This document shows, piece by piece, positions 35,635 to 44,914 of a stretch of DNA of 55,267 bases (positions are counted from its first letter, which is position 1; each line of letters opens with the position of its first letter). The notes below the pieces were generated by a model, which was given only the letters and a program-made list of their open reading frames with translations, searched no databases and was not told where the DNA came from. Source of the DNA: Thermoanaerobaculia bacterium. Lineage in GTDB: Bacteria; Acidobacteriota; Thermoanaerobaculia; Multivoradales; JAHEKO01. Where the stretch lies: NCBI GenBank assembly GCA_050747865.1, contig JBOGJI010000235.1:1-55267 (forward strand). The letters run 5' to 3'. Both the position numbers and the translations under genes were made by a program.

Positions 35635-37179
35635 ATGGGCAGGATCTCCACCCGGCTACGCGCCCGGGGCTCGCGCTCCGCTCTGCGGCGCGCCGGTAGG
35701 CAGGTCCTCGTCCATCTCGGGCTGGCCGCCGTGGCCGTAGGCGGCGTGGTCCTGGCCCTGCGCGCCGCCGGACCGAGCGTCCGCGGCTTCGCGCTGGGGA
35801 CGATGCGGGTCGCCGTCACGCCCGCCGTTCGGGGAGCGGTCGACGTCTACATCCCGATCGTGGACTGGGGGGTGCGCATGCGCCCCTACCGGACGCCGCT
35901 GCTCGTCTCGCTCGAGTTCCGGTCTCTCGACCGGGCCTCGGCTCTCACCGCGCTGCGCTCGGGGGTCGCGGCGCAGGCCCGGCTCGCCACGCTGCAGCAG
36001 GATCTCGCAAGCATGGTGCGCCTGGAGCTGCGCCGTGCCGCGGGGGTCGCCCTGATCGGCGGTGCCGCCGGAGGTCTGCTCGCGGGATTGCTGCTCGCCT
36101 CCCGGCGAGGCTGGCCGTGGCTGCTTCTCGGGCCGGCGGAGGGTGTCGCGGCGGTGCTCTTCATGGCGAGCCTGTTCGCCGTCGACCTCTCACGCGCCGA
36201 CTTTCGCCGGGCCCTGGACGAGCCCAGCTTCTACGCCCGCGGTGAGGAGCTGCCGGAGCTGCTCGCCTTCTCCAGCCAGCTGCTGACCGTCAGCGAGCAA
36301 TACACCGAGGACTTCGATCGCGCCGTCGCCGGCCTGAGCAACCTGGTGGCCGCGGCGACCGGGGGAACGGGGCTGCCGGAACCGGCGCACACCGCCGTGC
36401 TCGCCTCCGACATCCACGCCAACACCTTCCTGTTCCCGGTGCTGCGCCAATACAGCCGGGGGCGGCCGGTGTTCCTGGCTGGCGACTTCGCGCTGCTCGG
36501 CACCGAGCTGGAGGAGACGGTGGTGCCGGGCGTCGCGGCGCTGAGCCGAACCGTGGTCGCGGTGTCGGGCAATCACGACTCGCGCTCGCTGATGCGCGAG
36601 CTGGCCAGGGCCGGCGTCATCGTGCTCACCCGCGAGGGCAGGCTGCGCGCCAACGGCCGCGTTACCGGAGGACCGGTCGTCGACGTCGCCGGCCTCAAGG
36701 TCGCCGGCTTCGAGGACCCGCTGGAGCGTGGGGAGGAGGGCATCGGCGGACATCTGCTCGAAGGCCGCGGAGCCTTCCTGGAACGGGCCGGCCGCGAGCT
36801 GCTGACCTGGTTCGCCGGCCTGCCCGAGCGACCCGACGTCGTCATGCTGCACCAGCACCCTCTCGCCCACGTGCTGCTGGACGAGCTGGAGGCGGGCGAG
36901 GGACCTCCGGTCATCATCCTCACCGGTCACGACCACTGGGCGCACTACCACCAGGCGGGCGAGCACCTGCTGCTCGACGGCGGCACGCTGGGCGCCGGCG
37001 GCCCGTTCGCCATCGGCGAGACACCGGCCGGCTTCGCTCTACTCCACCTGGACCGTGACCGCCGGCCGCTCGCCCTCGACCTGATCGAGGTCGAGCCCCT
37101 CTCCGGTCAGGGAACGGTGCGGCGACGGGTGGTGCGGCCCGTCGAGGAGTCGGCGGCCGACGCGAGCGCCACGGAGTAG
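35635..37179 (+). CDS. membrane-anchored metallophosphoesterase
   Basis: 514 aa with N-terminal TM segments. Calcineurin-like motifs SDIHAN, LAGDF, VSGNHD and LTGHDH. Confidence 0.75.
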   Translation: MGRISTRLRARGSRSALRRAGRQVLVHLGLAAVAVGGVVLALRAAGPSVRGFALGTMRVAVTPAVRGAVDVYIPIVDWGVRMRPYRTPLLVSLEFRSLDRASALTALRSGVAAQARLATLQQDLASMVRLELRRAAGVALIGGAAGGLLAGLLLASRRGWPWLLLGPAEGVAAVLFMASLFAVDLSRADFRRALDEPSFYARGEELPELLAFSSQLLTVSEQYTEDFDRAVAGLSNLVAAATGGTGLPEPAHTAVLASDIHANTFLFPVLRQYSRGRPVFLAGDFALLGTELEETVVPGVAALSRTVVAVSGNHDSRSLMRELARAGVIVLTREGRLRANGRVTGGPVVDVAGLKVAGFEDPLERGEEGIGGHLLEGRGAFLERAGRELLTWFAGLPERPDVVMLHQHPLAHVLLDELEAGEGPPVIILTGHDHWAHYHQAGEHLLLDGGTLGAGGPFAIGETPAGFALLHLDRDRRPLALDLIEVEPLSGQGTVRRRVVRPVEESAADASATE

Positions 37180-37258
37180 GCGGCGGCGGTCCGAGTGCGC
37201 ATCGCGGGAATGGCGGAAGGCGCGGCAAGGGCGTAGACTCGCAGAGGATCGACAGGGC

Positions 37259-38326
37259 ATGAATACGGCGGTCGCGAACGACGGAGGCGGACGGCGGTTG
37301 CTCGTCACCGCCGCGGCGGCGGTCATCGTGATCGCCGGCATGAAGGCGGCGGCGCCGATCCTCGTGCCCTTGATGCTCGCCCTTTTCATCACCCTCGTGA
37401 GCTTCCCCCTGCTCGAGTGGCTGCGCACACACGGCTGGCCGCGATCGCTGGCCTCGGCGGCGACCCTGGTGGTCGACGCCCTGGTGCTGACGGCCTTCGG
37501 CTTCCTGGTGGCGCGGGCGGTGGATCAGTTCGTCGAGGCGGCTCCCGAATATCTCGAGCGAATCAAGCAGATCGCGCGCGGCTCGATGGAGAGACTGTCG
37601 AGCTTCGGGCTGTTGCCGCCCGAGTGGGTCGACCCCGAGCGCATCGGCCTGCCCGACGTGCTGGACCTCGCCCGCGTGGTGGTCGGGCGCACCTTCGCCG
37701 GCGTCACCTCGACGTTCCTGTTCGCCACCTTCGTGCTGCTCTACATGCTGTTCATGCTCGGCGAGGCACAGGCTCTGCCGGACAAGCTCGACCGCGCGTT
37801 CGGATCGAGCCTCGCGGGCTCGCGGCGCATGCACCGCTTCGTCCGCGACGTGCAGCGCTACCTGCTGGTCAAGACCTGGCTCAACCTGATCCTGGCGGTG
37901 CTGGTGTGGATCTGGCTGGTGATCCTCAAGGTCGACTTCGCGTTGCTGTGGGCGATCCTCTCCTTCCTGCTCCACTACATCCCCAACCTCGGCATCATTC
38001 TCGCCGCCGTGCCGCCGGCGGTGCAGGCGCTGATCCAGCACAACCCGGGACGCCTGCTGCTCGTGGTGCTCGGGTTCCTGGTCGTCGGTGTGGTGCTCGG
38101 CAACCTGGTCGAGCCGCAGATCATGGGACGTCGCTTCGGGTTCTCCTCTCTCGTGGTCCTCATCTCGCTGGTCTTCTTCGGCTGGATCTGGGGACCGGTG
38201 GGCGCGCTGCTGTCGGTGCCGTTGCTGGTGGTCCTGCGCGTGCTGTCGGAGAACTCCGACGACTGCCACTGGTTGGCGGTGTTGCTGGGTCGCGGCCGCC
38301 CTGTCTCGGCGCCGCACGCGCCTTGA
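37259..38326 (+). CDS. AI-2E (PerM/YdiK) family transporter
   Basis: 355 aa and multi-TM. Typical ...FLLHYIPNLGIILAAVPP... region. Confidence 0.8.
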   Translation: MNTAVANDGGGRRLLVTAAAAVIVIAGMKAAAPILVPLMLALFITLVSFPLLEWLRTHGWPRSLASAATLVVDALVLTAFGFLVARAVDQFVEAAPEYLERIKQIARGSMERLSSFGLLPPEWVDPERIGLPDVLDLARVVVGRTFAGVTSTFLFATFVLLYMLFMLGEAQALPDKLDRAFGSSLAGSRRMHRFVRDVQRYLLVKTWLNLILAVLVWIWLVILKVDFALLWAILSFLLHYIPNLGIILAAVPPAVQALIQHNPGRLLLVVLGFLVVGVVLGNLVEPQIMGRRFGFSSLVVLISLVFFGWIWGPVGALLSVPLLVVLRVLSENSDDCHWLAVLLGRGRPVSAPHAP

Positions 38327-38417
38327 CACCCGGAACCGATCGGGCTACCGTTCCAAGCCACTGGTTTGCGTGGTGTGGCGACCTGTCGACCCGCGCGGTG
38401 GAGGGGAGGGTCGGAAC

Positions 38418-39614
38418 GTGTCACGATCGATAGTCAATCTGCTGGTGGGGACGGTCGGCCTGTGGACGGCGGCTCCCGCCCCGGCGCAGCAACCCCCGCG
38501 AGAGCTCCACTGGACCGGCGATCACTGGACGGCCTGGCACCCGCCGGCCAGCGCGCCGGAGGGCGCCGAGATCCACGTCATCGAGCCCGGCGACACGCTC
38601 TGGGACCTCGCCGCCCGCTTTTACGGCGACCCCTACCTGTGGCCGCAGATCTGGGATCAGAATCGGTACATCGAGGACGCCCACTGGATCTATCCCGGCG
38701 ATCCCTTGGCCGTGCAACCGTCCGTCGTGCCGGTCGAGTCGCTCGCCGAGGGCACGGAGCCGGCTCCCGGGCGCTGGCAGCCCGCTCCCGAGTGGACGTT
38801 CACCGGCGAAGAAGCGGGGGAGCGGCGGCCTGAGTTCGCCCGCTTCGAAGGCGCTCCAGAGGCGCTGGGCAGCGAGTCCGACATCACATGCAGCGGCTAC
38901 ATCGGCGAGGTGGAGGAGAGCTTCGACTCGCAGGTGATCGGCTCGGAGCACGAGTCGCTGACGCCGCGGCTGTCGGGAGACGTCTACGGGCGGGACTTCT
39001 ACACCGGTGTGCAATCTGCGAAGGCCGGCTTGACGCTGGGGGACATCGTCTACCTGAACGGCGGCGCGGCACAGGGGATGACCCCTGGGCGGCTGCTCAC
39101 CGTCGTCGAGCCGGCGGAGAAGGTGCTCCATCCGGTGAGCGGCGACGTCGTCGGCAGGCACTACCGATACGACGGCGCGGTCCGCGTGCTGTCGGTGCAG
39201 GAGGAGTCGGCGATCGCCGAGATCACCCAGGCCTGCCGTCCGATCGTCGGCGGCGCGGGGCTCAGGCCGTTCGAGGAAGAGCCGGTACCGCTGGGCCGGC
39301 GCCTCCCGATGCAGCCGGTCAACGATCCTCCCGCGGAGGCCGAGCTGGCCGATGCGCCCGTCGTCCTCCACGCGGACGCCGGTGTCGTGTCGCTGGGAAC
39401 CGGCCATCTGGTCTATATCGACCGCGGTGCGGGAGACCGGGTAGCCCCTGGAGACCTCTTCACGATCTACCGGGCCAACCGCGTGGCGGGCCTGCCGCCG
39501 CTGGTGCTCGGGGAGCTGGCGGTGCTCTCCGTGCGCCCGAACGGCTCCCTCGCACGCATCCTGGAGTCGCGCTACCCGGTCCATGTCGGCGATCGGCTCG
39601 GGGCCAGGCCATGA
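38418..39614 (+). CDS. LysM domain-containing secreted protein
   Basis: GTG at 38418 (SD GAGGGGAGGG) inside ORF 38088..39614, with a signal peptide. LysM motif HVIEPGDTLWDLAARFYGDPYLWPQIW. Confidence 0.75.
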   Translation: MSRSIVNLLVGTVGLWTAAPAPAQQPPRELHWTGDHWTAWHPPASAPEGAEIHVIEPGDTLWDLAARFYGDPYLWPQIWDQNRYIEDAHWIYPGDPLAVQPSVVPVESLAEGTEPAPGRWQPAPEWTFTGEEAGERRPEFARFEGAPEALGSESDITCSGYIGEVEESFDSQVIGSEHESLTPRLSGDVYGRDFYTGVQSAKAGLTLGDIVYLNGGAAQGMTPGRLLTVVEPAEKVLHPVSGDVVGRHYRYDGAVRVLSVQEESAIAEITQACRPIVGGAGLRPFEEEPVPLGRRLPMQPVNDPPAEAELADAPVVLHADAGVVSLGTGHLVYIDRGAGDRVAPGDLFTIYRANRVAGLPPLVLGELAVLSVRPNGSLARILESRYPVHVGDRLGARP

Positions 39615-39880
39615 AGAGGGACCTGAACGGTCGGCTCTATTCGCTGGTGGACGAGCTGGTCAGCCGCGGGATCACGCTGCAGCAGGCCAGGCGGGAGTTC
39701 GAGAAGCAGTTCATCGTCGCCACCCTGCGCAGCCATGAGGGCAACCTCTCGCGCGCCGCCAGGGAGCTGGGCGTGCATCGCAACACGCTGCGCAACAAAG
39801 TGACCGACCTGGGGATCGGCTCCGATGATCTGCCCGGCCGCGGGCGATCGCGCAGTCGCCAGCCGCGCCTGGGCCGCTGA
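39611..39880 (+). CDS. small Fis-type HTH DNA-binding protein
   Basis: 89 aa. FEKQFIVATLRSHEGNLSRAARELGVHRNTLRNKV. ATGA overlap with the LysM gene. Confidence 0.75.
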   Translation: MKRDLNGRLYSLVDELVSRGITLQQARREFEKQFIVATLRSHEGNLSRAARELGVHRNTLRNKVTDLGIGSDDLPGRGRSRSRQPRLGR

Positions 39881-40114
39881 AGCGGCCGACCGCGGCAGCG
39901 GGGGCGCGGCGACGCCGCTCCCAGGGGCCCCGCGCAGGCGCTCTGCCGGCCGTTTCTGGCACCGATCTCGCTTTGCTTCCGCCGAGCCCAATCCGGGCGG
40001 CGTCGTGGCGCCCCCGCCCCAAGCCTGGGAAGCCGTCCATGGGTACAGCGCAAGTCGCGATTTGCCGGGTATTTGCGAACTGTATCCGCATGCGATCGAT
40101 ACCAAGGTGACGAC

Positions 40115-40861
40115 ATGAGCCCCATCCAGCGATGCCAGTTTGACGTACGGCGAGCCATGGGCCTGGCACTCGGGGCGGCGGGATTCGTCGCCTTCATGGC
40201 CGTTTCCGTCCCCTCGATCACATCGGTACCCGATGCTTCCGTGCCGCCACCGACGGTCGACGAGGTACGCCTGTCCAGGGAGCTGACGGACTGGCTGCTG
40301 GGCGGCGAGGCGGTAGGACGGTTCAGCACGTTCACCTCCGCCGACCTCGCGGCGGCCCTGCGCCAGGAGCCGCAGACCTTCGAGCTCTTTCGCCGGCCGC
40401 TGGAGCTGGCCGCCGAGAGCGAGCTCTTGGAGGAGCTGCCGTACGGCGAGCTGATCCTGCGCTCCGCCCGGCGCCACCGTGTCGACGCCCTGTTGCTCGC
40501 CTCGGTCATGGAGACGGAGTCGCGCTTCGATCCCGCCGCCGTATCGCCCAAGGGGGCGGTCGGCCTCATGCAGGTCATGCCGGCCACGGCCCGCCGGCTT
40601 GGTATCCGCAACCCCGCGGATCCGGGCCGCAATGTCGAGGCCGGAGCGCGGTATCTGAGCCAGCTCCTGCGACAGTTCGATCAGGATGTCGTGCTGGCGC
40701 TGGCGGCCTACAACGCCGGGCCGGCCAAGGTCGAGCGGTACGGGGGCGTGCCCCCGTACCGCGAGACGCGAACCTACGTCGAGCGCGTCCTCAACCGGTA
40801 CGTCGGGCACTATCGGGAGCTCTGGCAGTCCGCGGGCGGCGACTCCCCGTCGCAGAGCTGA
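40115..40861 (+). CDS. lytic transglycosylase (SLT domain)
   Basis: SLT motifs VMETESRFDP, GAVGLMQVMP and AYNAGP. The ATG at 40115 has SD AAGGTGA; the ORF track start 40073 is also possible. Confidence 0.85.
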   Translation: MSPIQRCQFDVRRAMGLALGAAGFVAFMAVSVPSITSVPDASVPPPTVDEVRLSRELTDWLLGGEAVGRFSTFTSADLAAALRQEPQTFELFRRPLELAAESELLEELPYGELILRSARRHRVDALLLASVMETESRFDPAAVSPKGAVGLMQVMPATARRLGIRNPADPGRNVEAGARYLSQLLRQFDQDVVLALAAYNAGPAKVERYGGVPPYRETRTYVERVLNRYVGHYRELWQSAGGDSPSQS

Positions 40862-40894
40862 CCCTGCGACCCTGAAGCGGGGGGCCGCTTGCGG

Positions 40895-41086
40895 TCACTT
40901 CTCTTTCTTGTCGTTGGATGCGGCCGCCGCCTCGTCCGCGCTCTCGTCCCCTTGCAGCCCGCGGCGGAAGTTGCGAATGCCTTCGCCGAGGCCGCGCCCG
41001 AGCCGCGGCAGTCGAGAGGCGCCGAAGATCACGAGCACGATCGCCAGCAGGACGAGCAGCTCGGTGGTGCCTATGGGTCCAAACAT
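40895..41086 (-). CDS. tatA: twin-arginine translocase subunit TatA/E
   Basis: 63 aa, [43 protein letters not shown], as an internal start in ORF 40895..41329. Confidence 0.9.
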   Translation of the reverse strand: MFGPIGTTELLVLLAIVLVIFGASRLPRLGRGLGEGIRNFRRGLQGDESADEAAAASNDKKEK

Positions 41087-41096
41087 GGGATCACCC

Positions 41097-42086
41097 CTAG
41101 AGGCAGTGTAGCACGCGCGAGCTCCAGGCAGCGCGCAGACCGGGGGCCAGAGACCGGCCTTCCGGCAGCGCCTCCAGGTGCGTGAGCGCCCGCTCGAGCG
41201 TGGGCGCGAGCAGGGGGAGGTGCTGGCGCCGGCCCGCGGCGGCGGCCGCGGCGTAGGTGCCCATCGCCTTGAGCGTGCGCTGCGCCGCCGTGCGGTGGAA
41301 GCGCTCGCGGGAGACGCCGTCCTCGACACCGGCCTCCGCGAGGAGCTCCCGCTCGAGGTCGCCCGGCAGGAACAGGCTGTCGTTGAGCAGCGAGGCCAGA
41401 TCGTACAGCGGCGGTCCCAGGCGCAGGTCCTGATGGTCCAGCACCACGAGCGTGGGAGGCGGCGACACCGGCACCAGGTTGCGCACCATGAAGTCGCGAT
41501 GGCAGGGTCGCGGCGTCTCCTCGGCGATCCGCGCGGCCAGGACGTCGAACAGCTTCTGGACCGGATCCATCAGCTCGGGAGGGGTTGCGTCTTCGGCGAA
41601 CGCGGTCCACGTGCGGGCGAGCTCGGCGCGCAGGAGCCGGGCATCGAGCGGCGGGTTGAGCGCCGCCACGTCTCCCGGAGGCAGCCGCGAGATGCGATCG
41701 GCGAGCCGCAGGGCCTGGCGGAACCAGGCCGCCAGGGAGTCGCGCTCGCGGGGCGTGCTCTCGTAGAGTGTGCGCGCTCCGACGTCCTCCAGCAACATGA
41801 GCCCGCGCCGGCAGTCCGCCGCCCGGATGCGCGGCACCGGCACCGCGATCTCCTCCAGCCAGGCCGTCGTGCGGCGGTAGCGCCGGCAAGCTTCACGAGC
41901 GGCACGCGGGTAGCGCACCGCGATCGCGCGCTCGCCGTCCACAAAGTGCACCCGCGAGTACTGCCGTACCGACACGTCGCCGGCAAGCGGCTGCAGGCGG
42001 TCGACCTCATGCCCCAGATCGCGCAGCCAGGCGACGATCTCGGAGGCGACCCGCGGCTCCACGGGGGATTCCGTCATCGGATTCAT
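41097..42086 (-). CDS. phosphotransferase of the APH/choline-kinase fold (AmgK-like?)
   Basis: 329 aa from MNPMTES. Catalytic HRDFMVRNL and VLDHQDL motifs. Only 10 nt upstream of tatA. Confidence 0.7.
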   Translation of the reverse strand: MNPMTESPVEPRVASEIVAWLRDLGHEVDRLQPLAGDVSVRQYSRVHFVDGERAIAVRYPRAAREACRRYRRTTAWLEEIAVPVPRIRAADCRRGLMLLEDVGARTLYESTPRERDSLAAWFRQALRLADRISRLPPGDVAALNPPLDARLLRAELARTWTAFAEDATPPELMDPVQKLFDVLAARIAEETPRPCHRDFMVRNLVPVSPPPTLVVLDHQDLRLGPPLYDLASLLNDSLFLPGDLERELLAEAGVEDGVSRERFHRTAAQRTLKAMGTYAAAAAAGRRQHLPLLAPTLERALTHLEALPEGRSLAPGLRAAWSSRVLHCL

Positions 42087-42100
42087 TATCTCCCGCGCGT

Positions 42101-42129
42101 TTGACAGCCGCGCGGGCCGTCGCGATAAT
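42101..42129 (+). promoter_or_regulatory. near-consensus sigma70 promoter
   Basis: TTGACA (42101-42106), 17 nt, GATAAT (42124-42129). Confidence 0.5.
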
Positions 42130-42166
42130 CGCTTCCGTCTTGATTGGCCGGGAACGAGGTGACGAG

Positions 42167-42466
42167 GTGTTGGATCAGGAGACGCGGCAGGCCTTGCATG
42201 ATCTCGAGCGGGTGCTGATGGACGCGGTGTCCAACTCCGCCGACGCGGCGCTCGCCCTGCACCAGCTCCAGGCCCGCGGCTACTCGCTCTATCTCGCCGT
42301 CGACTGCGACGGTGAGCTGCCGGAAGAGCCCAAGCCGTTGAGTCTCCCGCCGGCGCGGGGGGCGAGCCGTCCGTCGTTCCGCATCGACGGCCGCGACCTC
42401 GCGTTCCTGCGCTCCATCGGCATCGACCCCACCCGCCGTACGCGCCGCCGCAAGAGCAGTCAGTAG
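42167..42466 (+). CDS. hypothetical protein (about 99 aa)
   Basis: ORF 42101..42466, but its first 22 codons coincide with the promoter. GTG 42167 or TTG 42170 follows SD GAGGTGACGAGG. No family recognised. Confidence 0.4.
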   Translation: MLDQETRQALHDLERVLMDAVSNSADAALALHQLQARGYSLYLAVDCDGELPEEPKPLSLPPARGASRPSFRIDGRDLAFLRSIGIDPTRRTRRRKSSQ

Positions 42467-43164
42467 GACTCGTGCTTCCAGATGAGTGCGTGATTGCGGC
42501 TCGCCGTGGCACCGTCGCGGCGATAGCTGGACCACCGTCCGTCGCCGCAGCGGGTACAGTGGCGCCAGGTCTCGGCGGTCTCGACGCCGGCGGCGGCGAG
42601 CTGGCGCTCCACGGCCAGCGGGAGATCGGCGTGAGGAAGGTCGCCGGCGCCGGGCCGCAGGACCCCGTCACCCGCCACGGCGGCGATCGAACGGGCCACG
42701 TCGTCTCCGATCTCGTAGCAGCATGGTCCGATCGCCGGGCCGATCCATGCCGTCACGGTGGCCGGCGCCAGGAAACGGCTCGCCGCCGCGCCGACCACGC
42801 CGGCGACGATGCCGCGCCAGCCGGCGTGCACCGCGGCGATGCGCCGACCGTCCGACATCAGGAGCGGGACGCAATCGGCCGTCACGACGCAGAGCGCCAG
42901 GTCGTTGTCGTCCGTGACCAGCGCGTCTCCCTCGCCGCAGAGGCCCGGGCGGGCCGTGAGCACGGTGGCGGAGTGAATCTGCCGAGCCCAGGCGGTGGCG
43001 GTGCCGGGGGGCGCGAGACGGGACACCAGCGCCTCCGTGGCGGCCGGCTCGCCGCGGCCCGTGAAGGCGATCGACACGGCACCGGAGCGCGCCCGGGCGA
43101 TCTCGCGAGCGACGCCTGCCGCACGTGATCCTGTAATTTCTGGGTCGGCCATGGGGAAGGGCAC
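42460..43164 (-). CDS. pgeF: PgeF/YfiH (DUF152) purine nucleoside phosphorylase / peptidoglycan editing factor
   Basis: 234 aa. Motifs TADCVPLL, AAVHAGWRG, GPCCYE and YRRDG. Confidence 0.85.
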   Translation of the reverse strand: MPFPMADPEITGSRAAGVAREIARARSGAVSIAFTGRGEPAATEALVSRLAPPGTATAWARQIHSATVLTARPGLCGEGDALVTDDNDLALCVVTADCVPLLMSDGRRIAAVHAGWRGIVAGVVGAAASRFLAPATVTAWIGPAIGPCCYEIGDDVARSIAAVAGDGVLRPGAGDLPHADLPLAVERQLAAAGVETAETWRHCTRCGDGRWSSYRRDGATASRNHALIWKHESY

Positions 43165-43172
43165 CTATACTA

Positions 43173-43954
<782 letters not shown>

Positions 43955-43967
<13 letters not shown>

Positions 43968-44854
43968 TCTCGCGGCTGGCGCGTTCCCTGCTTTATTTCC
44001 TGGTCGAGGCGGCGGTCGGCCTGCGGCGCAGCTGGAGCGTCGGCCTGCTGGCGATCCTGACCATCGGTACCAGCCTCTTCGTGCTCGGCCTCTTTCTGCT
44101 CGGCAGCCACAACCTGGCGGCGCTGGTGGAGCAGTGGCGCCGCGAGGCGAGGATCCTCGTCTACTTTGCCGAAGAGGCCTCTGCGGACGCCATGGCGCGA
44201 TTCTCCCGGCGAGTGGAGTCGCGGCCCGAGGTGCGAGAGGTGTCCTTCGTCGATCGGGAGCAGGCCAATGCCCGCTTCGTGCGGCTGTTTCCCAACCTCG
44301 AGGGCGCGCTGGGACGGGGTGGGGAAGGCGCCCTGCCCTCCTCTCTGGAGATCCAGCCGCGGCCGGGCAGCGCGCGGGCCGTGGTGCGGTGGCTGCGCGG
44401 CCAGGCTGCCGATCCGGTGATCGGCATGGTCGACGACGACCGCGAATGGCTGGCACGGTTGCAGGCACTGGTCGGGTTCCTCCGCTTCGTAGGCCTGGCG
44501 CTAGGCGGCATCCTGCTCGCCGCCTCGGTGTTCACCATCGCTGCCGTGGTGCGCCTGGCCTTCTATCTCTACCGTGAGGAGATCTCGGTCATGCGCCTGG
44601 TCGGGGCGACCGAGCTCTATGTCCGGGGTCCGTTCTATCTGAGCGGCGTGCTGCTGGGTCTGGTGGGCGGCCTGGCGGGCGTCGCCGGCCTGATTCTCGC
44701 CTATCGCATCGTCGCGCCCGCCGTGCCGGTGTCGATCTTCGCGGCCGTCGTCGAGGGGGGCTTCCTTCCCTGGTCGCACCTGGCCCTCCTGGTCCTGGTG
44801 GGGGCCGCCGCCGGTCTCGCGGGCGCGGTCGTCTCCCTGCGACGAGAAGGCTGA
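43955..44854 (+). CDS. ftsX: cell-division permease FtsX (start codon unresolved)
   Basis: ORF 44081..44854 plus in-frame upstream sense sequence LISRLARSLLYFLVEAAVGLRRSWSVGLLAILTIG. The frame opens after the TGA at 43919-43921 and contains no ATG or GTG before 44081. Confidence 0.75.
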
Positions 44855-44858
44855 ACAA

Positions 44859-44892
44859 AAGCCGCCCCGTTCCACAGGGAACGGGGCGGCTT
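44859..44892. terminator. strong hairpin between convergent ftsX and the OmpA-family gene
   Basis: AAGCCGCCCCGTTCC-acag-GGAACGGGGCGGCTT, a 15-bp perfect stem. The T-run is on the minus-strand reading (aaaa at 44857-44860), so it best fits termination of the OmpA-family gene. It may act in both directions. Confidence 0.7.
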
Positions 44893-44914
44893 GAGAGATC
44901 TGAAGCGGTAGCCG

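Noticed and set aside
40875-40890. Short hairpin AAGCGG-gggg-CCGCTT between the convergent SLT and tatA genes.
   Set aside because: The stem is only 6 bp and there is no T-run on either strand, so the evidence is too weak to call a terminator.
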